Shown in pieces: positions 1 to 14,000 of a stretch of 64,000 nucleotides of DNA (the first letter of the stretch is position 1; each line of letters opens with the position of its first letter). The notes beneath the pieces were generated by a model. The model made no database searches and was not told where the DNA came from. It saw only the letters and a list, made by a program, of their open reading frames with translations. The DNA comes from Nageia nagi. Its lineage: Eukaryota > Plantae > Pinophyta. Location: assembly GCA_050084985.1 (NCBI GenBank), contig JBITNC010000001.1, positions 170,004,001-170,068,000 on the forward strand, in the 5' to 3' direction. The translations under genes were made by a program, and so were the position numbers.

Positions 1-3000
1 AGAAGAAAGAAGCTGATTTGATGTTGGCAAAATTGATTTATTATGGAGTTTCGATCCACATTACTAGACATGTATTTTGGCAACTAGCAATCGATGCGGT
101 GGTTATGGCCGAGCCTGGGTATGTGGGGCCCACTCATGCAAAAATGCAAACGTCTCTCATGAGGGATCTCAAGCAGGAAGTCCATGAAAGGTATATAATA
201 CATATTAAATTTAAATTATTATTTTTTTAATATATTTTTAGAGTTTACAAATTACACTTTACTTATAGTTTTTTAAATAATGTTTTTTAGTTGTTTTATT
301 TTAGTTTTGTTTTTTTTTTTTCCAAAATGACTGACATTGAAGAATCTTGGAAGATATTGGGTTGCATCATATTATCTGACAAGTGGTCCAATAATAAGAG
401 TAGAAGCCTAATTAATTTTCTTGTGTACTCCAAATATGGCATAATATTCAAGAAATCTGTAGATGCATCCAATAAGGCAAAAGATGCAAACTTGGTATGT
501 GACTTATTAGATTAGTTTGTGAAGGAGGTGAGGGCGGAGCACGTTGTCCAGATGGTCACGAACAACGCTTCTAATTATGTTTCAGCAGGTAACAAGCTCA
601 TGAATATTTATTCCTCCTTGTACTGGACTCCATGTGCTTGTTATTGCATTGATCTTCTTCTAGAGGACATAGGCAAAATGCCTTGGATGACAGAGGTGGT
701 TGACCAAGAAAGGACAATCACGAGGTACATTTATCTTATCGTTTCTTATCTTAGATTTTTAAAAGACTTATCTTATCTTACCAGGTACATTTATAATAAA
801 ACCATCATTCTTAGCATGATGAGGTACACCAATGGAAGGGGCTTGTTGCACCTAGGAGTTTCACATTTTGCCTCCAATTTCATCTATCTTCAGTCGTCAA
901 GAAACATGCATGAGTTGCGTTCAATGTTTGTTTTTAGATAGTGGAGTGAAACCACCATGAGCACGAGGCCAAAGGGCATGGTAATGTCTTCTTTAATATC
1001 CAAGGATGAATTTTGGACGATGTTCAAAGAGATTTGTAGTGTGACTGCACCGCTTGTATAGTTCCTCTGTCTGGTTGATAGTGATAGGCCCACTATGGGT
1101 TATTTGTATGAGGTGATAATGCATTATTATATTGACCACCTTGATGAGGATAATGAGTTTGATAATAAGCATATGGAGTTTTGGGCTCTCAGTGATGAAC
1201 GATAGTGGAATTATCGTATGGCCCTATTCATGGAGCAGCGGACATCTTGAACCCTATCTTGTTTTTCGTGCCAAACTCTAAATACAAGACTGATTCTTAT
1301 GCTAACTTGGGGCTTCCAAAATGCATAGCTGGTATGGTTCAAGATCCCACCACTCTATCCAAAATCTTCAAGGAGCTTGAGTCATACAAGCACTCAAGAG
1401 GGCTCTTTGGTTACCAGTATGCTAGAGGTACGTTTCATGATCTCTCCAAGTGAGAAAAGTTCAAAGTTTATTATTTACACTTTTTTATAGTTTAAAACTT
1501 CAAGTTTTAATTTTATATTTATAATTTTAAATTTTTAAGTTTATACATTTAGGCCTTTTAATATTTAATATTTTCTTATTTCTCTTCGTTACTTCATTTT
1601 TTAGAGTTGTGGTGGATGAATTTTGGGCCTGAAACATCTGAGTTGCAAAAATTTGCCATCCGCATCCTTAGTCAAAGATGTAGCGCTTCAAGATGCCAAC
1701 GCAACTGGAGTGCATTTGAAAAAATTCACTCCAAGAAGTGCATTAGGTTAGCAATTTGATTCATTTAAATTTTGATTCCTTCCAACTTTCAATTCATTGG
1801 ACACTTCTTACTTCTTTGTTCTCATTATGAAACAATTTGTTTTATGTTATTAGGTTGACAACACAATGCTTGAATGATATTGTATACATTTATGACAACC
1901 TGCAATTGTATGTGAGGCAATTGCAAAAGAAGGATGAGGATGAGCCTATTAACTTGTCTACATTGATCCCTCATATAGGTTCTATTCTTCATTTTACTCC
2001 CATCCCCATTGATCCTTCATATAGGTTCTATTCTTCATTTTACTCCCATCCCCTACATGCGATTTTAAAAACTCTTGATAGGTCCTATAAATGTTAACTT
2101 CTTTTTGTTTTTTTACAATGATGCATCTCCAATAGATGTAGTGGTAGATCCAGAGGAGGAGTTACACGAAGCATTTCGAGATGAATGGCTTGACATGGAG
2201 CAGGAGATAGATGAACTTGCACATGTGCGTGAGGAGGAGCATCAACATTTTGATCCATTGCCTCCTGTTATAGAGCTTGATCATGGTGTTCGATCTCAAC
2301 AAGTTTATGCACATCAAGTTTGCTGAGACATTGAGAATGAGACTAAGGATGATGAGCCACTTGTTCGATATCAGAGATAAAGGCCCCACAAGAGTGTTGG
2401 TCGCGGTTCTAGTAGCTTAGGATTGCCTCCTCGTAGTGCTCGTACCCCTACGAGAGTACCTTCTCAATCTCCTACTGCACTTATTAGTGGAGCACGAGGT
2501 GATGGTAGTAGTAGTGGCGATCAATTGATTAGTAAAAGGGCTAGAGCCTCAAACCACACACATTGATGAGTAATGACTTATGAGACATTGTATTTAGTTA
2601 TTTAGTATTATTTGTACTTTGTTGGCGCTTGGCACTTAGTGGTATTATAAATGTATGAGACAATAGTACTACACTTATGATTTGACAGACTGACGTACAT
2701 TGTGTAAATGACTTATTTTCATATATCGATGTTATGATTTATGAACATGAATTACAATCTACTATTATTTTCTTTAAATTTTATGTCATGAATGTTTTGA
2801 TAGATGATATGGTCATTTATGGGAATGATTTAATCATTTATGGCAATTAGATAAGCATATTCTATAGAAAAATATAAAAAATTGCATGGTTTTTTTTTAA
2901 TGCACCATGTATTTTTCCCGAATTTGTCATCTTTTTCCCATCTTTTGGTCATTTTTTGGTCGAATTTTCCATTTTTTTGCCACAAACTTTTCCTGTAGTT

Positions 3001-3125
3001 TTCGTTTTCTTTTCATTCTAATATCGAATTTTCCGTATTTAAGAATTTTAAAATCTACAAATTTTTGTCATATTCACCGTACTTTGACCATTTTTTGGCC
3101 ATTTTTACATATTTGGCCCTAGGCT
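1..3125 (+). pseudogene. Degenerate hAT-superfamily transposase (DUF659/RNase H-like core plus hAT dimerization domain), intron-containing, with 3' subterminal region
   Basis: Motifs GCIILSDKWSNNKSRSLINFLV, VVQMVTNNASNY, YWTPCACYCIDLLLEDIGK, WMNFGPETSELQKFAIRILSQ...RNWSAFEKIHSK; multiple stops and frameshifts. Right boundary approximate. Confidence 0.88.
1961..2053. repeat. 46-bp tandem duplication
   Basis: cattgatcc(c/t)tcatataggttctattcttcattttactcccatccc occurs twice (1961, 2007). Confidence 0.9.
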
Positions 3126-5624
3126 GTATTTATAAAAAATTGTATTTTTTATTTTATGATGCAAAGAAGCTATTGATCCAAAAAAAAGTTTAAAATTAAA
3201 ATGGATCATTTGAAGATAATTAGAGATGATTGTTTGCTTACAAGAGTATCTTAAGACCAACAACAACAAATCATTGATCATTTTAAAAAAGCAATGGAAA
3301 AAGGTAGACAATAGAGATTAGGACTATCTGAATACTTAGAAGAAGATGATCAAGAAGCCATAATAAGATTTGCAATATGTCATGATCCAATGGAAAAATC
3401 AAGATGCAAGAAAAAGATAAAAGAAAATGGAAAAAGTAAGAAATGGATTCCAAAGAACATTAAGCAGCAAGGTAAGGTTAAGGAACCTATTTATGGGGAT
3501 GGTTGGACCATCTCATAATTGTTTCGATGTGCTTTTGCACTTCATGTAGGATAGGAATGCATTTTGCATTCTTAAGTGCATTTGCATTCTAGTTGCATAT
3601 CATGCTATGTTTTCACTGTGTGTAATGCATTTGAGTTCGTGTTGTATTGTCATCATTTGCATTGCATGGTCATTGTGTGAAGTTGTTGTGAGTCCTTGCA
3701 TGTTCTTGTGATGACTTTTGTGTTATATTTTCCAAGTGTTTGTTTATGAACTGTAGTCAAATTGAGCTCATAAATCAAAATACCAAACATGTGATAAGCT
3801 TCAAGATGAAAAGATGATTTGATGTTATTATCCAAAAATGAAAAGTTGTTTCAAAAATTATGAATTTTAGAGATAAGAGATGAAAAAGAGCATACAATCA
3901 GATTTTTATCAAAAATCAAAACCAAAAATTGAATCAAAAAGTAAGATAGACTTGTAGGTGAAATTTGGCAATGGTTGGAGGCATATAGTTATGCATCGTT
4001 GATTGGCATCATTGAGGAATTTTGCAAAAGTGATGATTGAATGAATGTATCTCAGAAAAATAGCCAATTTCAGTAAAACAAAATCATTTCAAAATTACCC
4101 TCAAATCAAAAGTTATGGCTGTTTGAAGTTTCAGGTTTGAAAAGTGCAAAATAGATTTGTTTCAACCCTTAAATCAGTTGGTTTTTTTTTTTGTCAAAGG
4201 TAAATTTATATAACAGTGGTTTTTTATACAAGGCCCAAAAACTTGTATTACAAAATCTTAAAAAGATACATTGTTTCAACCATTTCCACACTAGGAAGGA
4301 GTATCCATCCAAGGTAACCAACAAAAGTAAATCAGTTGGTTTTTCTCAAAATGTAATAAGATCAATTATTTTTTAATAAAGTTTGTAATTTTAACTTCTC
4401 AATGCAAAAATTATTAAGATAATTGGATTTGTGAAGTAAAAGTTATGCTTGTTGGAAGTTGACAGTTTTGTGAAAATGACAAGATTTTCAAGGGATAGTC
4501 ATGAACCAAGAGGCTTAAAATCTTATCAAAAGAAAATCGGAGGCTAAAGTTTTGAGGAAAGGTACACGCATGTGTTTTGATGATTATTTCTCATGATTTC
4601 AAAGATTTTGGAGTTGTTTTCAAGTTGAACAAGAAATTGTCAAAAAAATATTAAAAAATTGCAAAAGTTGAAATTTTGGGCTGAAACTTTCAAGTAAATT
4701 GAAAATCAGGTATGCAAGCTTGTTTCAACCATGTTCATCAAATGTTTAAGAGAAATCAAACTATTTTGGAGAAAACTTTGGAAACGATTGAAATTGTAAA
4801 ATCTGTTGTCAAAACTGTCATTGAAGAAAATTTTCAACTTGTAAATGTTATCATGAATGGATGAATAAAAATATTATGATGTTATGGATGTTATTGCTGT
4901 TAAGATAAATAATTCTTAATAATTCTTTTCACATAAAATATTGCTTTAGAATGACGGCAAGATTTGTCGTTATTGCTTGGTTATGGCTGTCATAATTTCT
5001 TTTTCATAACTTATATACCTAACCTTGTGAATGAGAATGCCGTGTGAATCCAATAAGTAAATTGAGGCACATGATAGATGAAATTTGCTGGCCCTTATAG
5101 CAATTTGAAAAACATTAAATTGTGGGTAGTTGAGATGATCAATTTTTCAATGTTGGTTCAATATGAGAAGTAATTTGAGTGGATTCAGATTCAATATCAG
5201 ATTGTTCAGTTGGATATGGCAATGTTATTCAGATTGATATGATTTATGTCGAGTTGGAAATCAGATCAGAACTCAATTAGAAATCTCATTGAGGTAAAAG
5301 GCAATGTTTCAAGTGGTTTTTTATGGAAATCTATATGTCGTCACATGGAATTCGACAGAAATTTGAGATGACCAGTTCAGATTTGTGATGATAAGTATTG
5401 GCAGATAACAAAATTATTTTTGAAGAGAGTTTTGTTGAGATTGTCATGTGATGTCGCACGACATAGAATAGAAATTGGCAGTCAGATTTGTGGCTCAGTT
5501 ATATATGGATTGATTTAATTTTAGATCAATCTCAGATTTTAATTGTCAGGTAAATGAAGGTAAAAACAAATTTAATCCTTACCTTCTTTGTTTGATGCTA
5601 TGAGATGTTTTGATGATATAATGA

Positions 5625-5840
5625 TTCTTGAATATACTCATGCTATTCTTGATGATGTTTTGGCAATATAAGGATTCTTCAATATGCTAACACTATTCTT
5701 GATGATGCTTTGAGATTTGATGAGTTTTGAATATGCTAACACTATTCTTGATGGTGCTTTGACATTTGTGATTTTTTGATTATGTTAACACTATTCTTGA
5801 TAATAGGATGATTCTAGATGATATGATGATTCTTGATGTT
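5625..5840. repeat. Degenerate ~46-bp tandem repeat (about 4 copies)
   Basis: Recurring atgctaacactattcttgatgatgctttga unit. Confidence 0.7.
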
Positions 5841-6364
5841 TGATCGCTTCTCGTGGAAGTTAAATTAGTTATTGATAAATGTAGTGACAATGTGGATTGT
5901 TTGTGAAGTTTTTTTATTTTTGTTGCTAATGGTTGTTGTGGAACGACACATAGGCTCATGCGTCACCATGCACCACAGTTAAGTTTCTTGATCTGAAATT
6001 TGTGAGAAAGCTCAAAATCAGAATCAGATTTTGAAAAAGATGTTCAATCAGCAGGTTTAATGAAAATTTTGATAAATTTTGACAGGTTTGGGAAGTTGAT
6101 TTTGAGATTGGATTCTTTTAAGAAAATCTGATAAAATTTTAAGAATTTTGATAAGTTATAGATGTTTTGCAGAAACATTGCTTGAGAATTTGAAGAAAAA
6201 TGTAGTTTAAATACAATGCGTCAACACATGGGGCAGATTAAAAATTGAGGTTCAGCAACGCCAGAAATGACTCAGCTCATATTTAAAAAGTTCAAATGTT
6301 TATTAAAAATCAGAAGTTCAGAAGTTTGCATTTGATAACTCCCCTTTTGGAGGCAACCCATTTG

Positions 6365-6555
6365 GTACTTGGGGCAATTAAGTACCTGATTCTAGCATTT
6401 TTTTTATAGAAATTTTCCGAGAATTTTATAAATTCTCGTTCAGTACTTGGGGCAATTAAGTACCCAATTATAGCATTTTATTTATGAAAAGCGCCAAGAA
6501 GTTCAATAGTTCTTGTTTGATACTTCGGGCAATTAAATACTCAGTTCTAGCATCT
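6365..6555. repeat. Three copies of a ~78-bp unit with hairpin core GTACTT-GGGGCAATT-AAGTAC
   Basis: Cores at 6365, 6443 and ~6520. Confidence 0.75.
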
Positions 6556-7329
6556 TCTTCAGCAAATGTGTCGAGAAGTTAAAGAAGGCCATATTGCTTG
6601 GTGGTTAGAGTTATCTCCTTTTGCTTAGTGGCATAGGCAAACCCTTTTAATGATTTGATAAATGTGATGCTAATGATGAATTCAGATGTTTGGATTATAG
6701 CCTAGGCAACCTTGGAGAGTAGAAGTCATGCTTGTCAATCCTTCAAACGAGAGGTTTTGTTTTCCAACTATGATGATCTATGATATTTAGCGATGATGGA
6801 TGGAATATATGCTTTATGATGATGTCTTTGTTGAAATTCAAACAAAGTTTTATTATGTTTATTTCATCTTGAACTAATGATGGTATATGTAGTTGTTTAT
6901 TTCTTTTATAGCTTTTACCATGTCTCCATGCATTCAATAGTTCTAGACTCTAGCATGATGCAATTTGTTAACAGAAGAAATGAAAAGGCAATTACACATT
7001 GAAGTCTATGTTGTATGATGAACTATATTATGATGATTTCATTGAGATGCTATGTATGTGTATAGTCTTTGTTTTATGCCCACCACAAAATAACTTTGCC
7101 ATGACTCCTTCCATTCAGTAGTTCTAACACGATGCAATTGGTTAAAGGATATTTTTGTCTTGGTTCTTTCCATTCGGTTGTGCCTTCATCTCAACAACCA
7201 AATCAAAGAGGCAATAGGACATTGGCTATTACAAAAATAAGTAACTCCAAGTTGTCACCATAATGATGTTTTAGGGAAGTATTGTTTCTTGTGTTTTATT
7301 TTTCTTTTGGGTTATGTTTCTTGTTTTAG

Positions 7330-7620
7330 GGAAGTATCTCTCTAAAGTGATGCCCTTTAAATCGAGAGTGTTTTGAATGAAAGTCTTGCCTGCATGAAGC
7401 AGGTCCATTGGTTTGGGTATCCCATAAACCTTAATATTGAGGGCCTTAGCATTGTGGACTCTTTCCTCTTCAAACTTAGCTTGAATTGTAAGCTCGACTA
7501 AAGAGGGACTCTTCTTCCCAGCCACTACATGTACCAAGATTGTTGATCTACCAATTTTCAACTTAGTAATGTGGATTCTTCCCAAGGCATTCCTATTCAG
7601 CCAAGAGTGCAACTTGTTCT
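7330..7620 (-). pseudogene. LINE ORF1 fragment related to the LINE at 17625-20600
   Basis: AKFEEERVHNAKALNIKVYGIPKPMDLLHAGKTFIQNTLDL aligns by eye with KFEEKHHREYEALNLHIKGLPTGDKPIETIPSFIHDTLNL at ~20090-20205 (-). Confidence 0.65.
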
Positions 7621-10045
7621 TCTCAAATCCTCAATAATTCTACTTGAATTTAGGGGAGTTTGAGAAAGACCATTTTGTGTGCTGAGTCTGCAATTGTGTC
7701 TACTCAAACTTGCAAGAGAGTATGATGCCATTCTTTGTATCCAACAAATTCTGAAATGATTTTATCTATTTGGAGAGGACTTGCTAGAAGGCTTCTCTTC
7801 AAAACCATTGTGCTAAGTTGTGAATGTGTTGTGGCAAATTTTGTTTTTGATCCATCATACCTAACTACAATTGCCCATCCAAGATACACATGCAAGTACA
7901 AAGTGGGTGAACAATTGCTATTGTGGTTGTCGATAGTCCTTGAAATATTGAGGCTAGGAACTCTCGATTCCGACAAACAAAAGAGAGAAGAGGAGGCTTA
8001 GACCAGAGGGAGAAAAATAGTTTTCAGCAATATAGAAAGAAAGAAATAAAGTAGATTAACGTCCACAAGCGACCAAAAGCGGTCAATTGGATCATCATGT
8101 AAAAGCCTATAAGAAAACCAACAAGCCCCTACTAGGCCCATCCATAAAAATACCATAAAGAAATACATCCACACAAAAAGATTAAACCTTAAACAGCAGG
8201 ATCATAGGAGGGTCTTCCCAGTACTCTCCAAAGGGGAGCCTGTGGATGCACTACAGCTCAGGGAGAAATCTTTGAGGTTTGTTTCTATGGTACTAATATC
8301 GGAAGAGAAGAATGACAAGACCTATTGAGTCCAAATCGAGGCTTGTGTGTCTTGAAGACATCTCTTGGAACAACATATGGGGAGTGGAGGGCCATCTCGT
8401 CATCTCCTATGGTCCTCCTCAAGGGAAGAAGCTCGAAAAAAAGATTTCATACGACAATCCCTTGTCAAATGTTGAGTGCGAACTATAAGAAGCTTTTGCA
8501 CGAGGAAATTCTCTCGGAAATAAAGAGCTAAAAAACTTTGATCTGGATACTGAAGAAATGTAGTGAACGAGTTGGGAATCTTGAATGAAGCAATGGTATC
8601 GACCTTAAATCTCGTAGCAGACTAGAAGATGATGGTCTTCAAACTCAATCTCAAGAGAGAAAAGGGGGTGTACTACCAAATCACCGGCTACGTGGTGATC
8701 TTTCTCAATCCTCAATTGATGGGAGCAATCTTGAAACTGCCCAAGGAACATCCTCAATCCAAGGGGAAGGTATAACCTAATGTAGTCATGTGGAAGGACC
8801 AATCCATTGTTGATCTAAAGACACTATTGTGAATAATATGCTATCTTGAGCGTCAATGGCCACATGGGTGAGATCCAAGAGGTCTAAATGAAGGCCCTGT
8901 AGATTATCTCTCGAGTTGCTATCAAGGAATCTACTAGGGGCGTAGTCAATCCCTCAAGGGTGTAGGCAACCTATTTAGAGAGAAGAAGACATATGTCTAA
9001 ACCGGAAACCTCAACAAACCAACATCGACAACATCCCTGGGCGGCGAGGTCGATCAAGGAAACCAAGGCTTTCGAAGGGAGTCCAGTTGTATCACGATCA
9101 GATAGATTATGTAAGAGATGGAGGAAGAGGTTGGCAGTCGAACTCTGCAAGCATGATAAGGTAAGGGACTGTCCACTTGCTCCAAATGGAGTGAGATAGA
9201 GTACTCACCGAAATCCTCTCTATCAAGGCCCAATCTACAGCACTCAAGCTAGGTCCCCAAATATCAACTCCATCCAACACTATGGGGATGAATATAGTCT
9301 AGAAGAGTTATAGCTTGGATAATCTGTCATGGAAGTGCAACTCTAGGAGGGGCTATTGTTCTCTAGGTGTAAGAGTTGGTGTTCTCAAAGGTTTTATCAT
9401 AGAAGGTGATAAGGTGATATTGGAAATGTAATCTTTAGGTATTTGAATGACAATTACGAGGTATTTTTTCTTATGATCTTAATTTTGTGTTTAAATGACA
9501 ATTAATGATATTATAATTGCTATATAAAAGAGTTTAATTTGATGCTTCAAATTGGTATGTGAATGATTCTCAAGCCCAAGCTCCTTAGATCATTCTTGGG
9601 GCTTTGTGATCAAAATTTGCATGACTTGATCACTCATGCCCAATTTTGACATCACTTCCCATAAGTTAATTTCAATTTGTATGTTTTTTTTTAATTTCTT
9701 TTCAATGGCGTGTTATTGAGAAACCTTAATAAATCTTTTGTTGACTTATTTGTATGGGTCCTTCTTTTGTTTGCAAAATGTTTTATGGCATGTCTTGTTG
9801 ACCTTAAAAGGTTTTCTTTTAATGCCATAATTGTATGTGCCTTCACAATATTTCAACACCCTTTTGCATACTTTGGGGCAATCTTTATAATGTTTTATGT
9901 TGGCCTATGTACCTTTTGTTACTAACATGTGTCCATTGTGCAAGCTTTTATGAAGCCCACTTTTGTTCGCGTGGCCATAGTTTCCTTGTGAAGTTTGGAG
10001 CTCAATTTATAAATGACCGTCCGCATGGCCAAGGTGCCTTTGGAG

Positions 10046-13000
10046 TGTTGGAACCCAACTATACCCCACCAATTTTTCAAAGCAAAAGTGTGCCATAAGA
10101 GGTGATTACTTGATCATGCCCTTACCTATAGATGATCAATTCATTTTTTTGAGAGAATGAATAAGTCCAAGTATCAAATTATGGTTAAACATTCAACTCA
10201 TGTGGAAATGGTTCATTATATCAGCTCAGATTTTCTTGACAAGATCAAAGTTTACTTAGCAAGGTTGAAGTTGGTCTTTACGTGAAATTTAAGTCAATTT
10301 CAAATAACTATATCTCTTAATTCACAAATCATATTGACTTTAAATTTGGAGCATGGTTTGATATTGGCCTTTACAATGTTCAGTACAAATTTCAGCCAAT
10401 TTGGAGTAGTTTTGATAAGTTTAGTTGAAGAACTTTTGCATGGATTGAATGACTTCTCCCATGGTAGGATAACTTAATTCAGTAAACTTCAAAAAGTTAT
10501 ATCCCCCAACCTACAACTCTGTTTGATCTGATTCTTTTTGCATATGGTTGATAATGAAGTCATATCTAATTAAAAGTTCAGCTCATTTGGAGTAGTTTTA
10601 GCTATTGAAAATGCTTACTCGACACAAATGATGCTTACCCGATGGGATCTATGTGTTGTTTTAAATAGTCATCTTTAGACGGCCATATCTCCAAAAATAC
10701 AAGTCCAAATCAGTTGATTCTTTTTGGAGATGGTTATAATGAAGTAAGGAATATGTTCTCCAATTTTCAATTCATTTGGAGAGATATTGATCATTGAAAA
10801 TGCTAACCTAACAAAAATGGTGCTTACCCGATGGGATTCATATTTTATCTGATACAATCAACTTCAAAATACTATATCTCCCAAAATATGACTTTATTTG
10901 ACCTGATTCTTTTTGCAAATGGTTAAGGATGAAGTCAAGAATATATAATTCAATTTTCAGCTCATTTGAAGTAGTTTTAACCTACTGAAAAATCTTACCC
11001 TACAGAGATGATGCTTACCCGATGGGATCCATGACACCGTTTGACCTGATTTGTTTTGCAGAGAGTAAAGGATGAAGCAAAGAATGTACAACAAAACTTT
11101 CAAAGCATTGTATATATCATAAGTACACCAGATAAGTTGTTTGTGGTCAGGTATAGCTTATCCGATGGAGAAGAGATTTACCTAATCAGCCAAATTCAAA
11201 AGGTCATATCTTTTAAAGTATAAATCCGTTTGACTTCGTTTTTGAAGCGTTGGAAAGGAGTTTATTTCTGCTATCTGCTATAAAACTTTCAGAGCACACA
11301 CATAAGTAAACTCAGGATGGATAAGCCAATATCAAATTAGACAAATTTCCAAAGCCATCAGATAACAGAAAAAGTGTCGGGTAAGGCATTTTATGATCGG
11401 ACAAGCTATTTTATCATCGAATAAGCTACTTTCACATTAGATAAGGTTCTTGATATCAGATATGCCTTATTATGCCGATAAAACCTTCATCAGATAAAAG
11501 TTCTAGTCATCAGGTAAGAATGGTTGCCATCAAACAAATTTAAATCTCATTGGATTAGGGCATGCTTGGTCGGATAAAGACAAAAACCATCGGTTTAAGG
11601 TATTTTATCGTTGGATCAAAGCATATAAAGGTTATATATTATTAAAATGTCATATCAAAAGCCAAATTCCTTCAGAATCCTAACATCTAGCAAAACAATT
11701 AGAAGATAAGTTATTTTCATAAAGAAGCATGTTGGACAGGTGATGAATTTTTAAATACATGTTTCCGTCGGACAAGCCTCAGCTTCATCGGGTAAGCCTA
11801 AAAGTCACCAGGTCGAATATGCTTTGATCAAGTAAAGATACCCTATATCAGATAAGAACACCAATCATTGGCTTTGGATAGTTAAGAGGTTGGGTACACA
11901 TGGCCACTTTTTAAAGGGATACTTTTGTAGAATACAGGTGGAAACTTCCGAGAAGATACTTTTTGAAAAAACTACAGTTGTTTTTTGCACAAACCAATTG
12001 TTTCATGTTTTGAAAACCACAACATAGCAAAAGAGATCGTTCCACTACTCCAAGAAGTTACACCCGCCAAAGATAACACAACTAGCATTGTGGAAGAATC
12101 AAAGTAGTTATTTCAACATCATGGATTTTTCGGTATTTTTGCACAATGGAAGTTTTGACCGAGACTATATAAACGAGGAGAAAGCGATCATCCGGATCTT
12201 TTGCCCAATTCTCAAGCTAGCTAGGTACGTTTGGTGTCCAATCTAGGGTTTTTCTGAGTTTGTTCAACCTTTTCCCTATTTTTTCACTATTTTTGAAGGA
12301 TCTGTCATTTGGGTTTTCAGGAAATGTACCGGAGAAGCATGTTAAGATTCAGTTCATCTTGCACCCAGCTCTCAAGTATTGTAGGTCAAGTAGAAGTGTT
12401 TTTGTTAGAGGTTGTCACATTATTTGGGCAATCTTACTACGGTTGTAATTGAAGAAGACATTATATGTTGTATCAAGTGTTTTGTGCAATATTATGGTGT
12501 AAGAACTTTGGTTACAATATTTCAAAGTTCCACTGAAGTGTGCTCCGGGATTTCCCAAATGCACTCTAGCCGATCCGGAGCAGGCCGCCAGAGCGGCTCC
12601 CAACACTCCGCCCCGGAGCAGCCTCGAGCATCCAGCCACTCCGGCGGCAAAAAAAATTTGGCCCCCAATTTAAAAAAAAAAAAAAAAAAAACACATCAAA
12701 ACATTAAATAAAATGTGCAGGGGTGGGTCCCACTCATGCTCCCACCCCCCAAACCCTAAAAGGTGACTAACCTTCCCAATCTTAGTTTCTATTCTCCAGA
12801 GTATAGAGCTGGTCCACTTTCACGATGGGATATTGATCCTGTGGAGGCAGCTAGTCAGGAGGTTGATGATGATGCTCAGGGGTTGATAGGATTACCATTA
12901 GACATGGAGCGTATCCAGTTGGATGATGACAGCAACTCATCAGATGATCATGATATGGATGAAGAGGATGTTGATTCCGACTACAATCAGAATATATTAG

Positions 13001-14000
13001 GGGCACATGAGCCCTTAGAACCAGAGGATTAGACTTAGAGTCTTAGAGGCTAGAGCCATAGTTTGATAGTATTGATACTTGATAGTTATGGTTTTGTTAT
13101 TTTGAGCCTTTGGCATTTTGCTACTATGACATTATGACTCATTTTGATATTATGACATTATGTACTGCTGATTCAGACTTGTTTTTCACTTAATGACATT
13201 ATGGCTCACTTTGATTTCTCGTTTCTAATTTCTACCTTTTAGATTTATACTTGATTATGTTTTGTAATTTAAATTCATATTTGAAATTCATATATAGTTG
13301 AATGTTGATAGTAAAAATGAATTAGAAACAATGAACAAGAAAAAATCTAAAGATCCTACGAATTTTTTACTAGCCGCTCCACCTGCCGAATTGGAGCCGC
13401 TCCCTAAAAATGACCTTCCGTCGCTCTCAACTCACTGTGGAACCTTGCAATATTTCAAGGGCATTTCCTTTGTTATATTTCTTTGAGCTTATGTGATGTG
13501 TTGTTGTTTGTGCTTCATTTATTATTATAAGTATTAAATAATGAATGAACACTTCTTCTACATTGTTAAGTACATGACTTTCACAATATGTGTTTGTTGA
13601 GTGATTGAAAATGGATTCGAGCTTCTTCTTCATTCTTTGTTAATGTTTGTTAAACTTTGTTATGCAATGGATAAGGCACCAGTCTGCGCTTTAGTGTAGG
13701 TTGGTTAGAGGTATCAAGTCATTCTCTCTTTAAGAAATCATTATTTCCCTTTTGACTTGAATAAAAACCGATGATCTCAAAGCTTAACACGCTATATTTA
13801 GTAGAGATCGAATAGGGGTTACAAAACCAGGTTGATCGATGCATCAATAGATCTAGTTTCATTATCATATGATTTATACGACCTAAAATGGAGGTTATGG
13901 TCAGATAATCTCATGTACATATTGATACCTAGGAGGATTAGCACTTAGTGACATTCATTTGAAAACCTAATTCAAAGGGGTGTTAATCTTTTTCACAACT
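10046..14000 (+). mobile_element. Probable solo LTR (~3.05 kb plus 0.9-kb nested hAT insert) interrupting the first internal copy
   Basis: Breakpoints defined by comparison with the uninterrupted copy at ~16930. Starts TGTTGG, ends CACAAC(T); TATA (TATATAAA) at 12166; degenerate TSD (TGGAG/GAGAG). Confidence 0.6.
12536..13432 (+). mobile_element. Non-autonomous hAT deletion derivative carrying the acidic transposase C-terminal tail
   Basis: GC-rich subterminal repeats (gccgctcc/ggagc). ORF PEYRAGPLSRWDIDP...DDDS resembles a hAT post-dimerization tail. Flanked by direct repeat CACTG (12531-12535, 13433-13437). Confidence 0.6.

Noticed and set aside
8000-9410. Moderately GC-rich block with short ORFs
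   Set aside because: Probably decayed TE, but no recognisable motif or termini; left unannotated.
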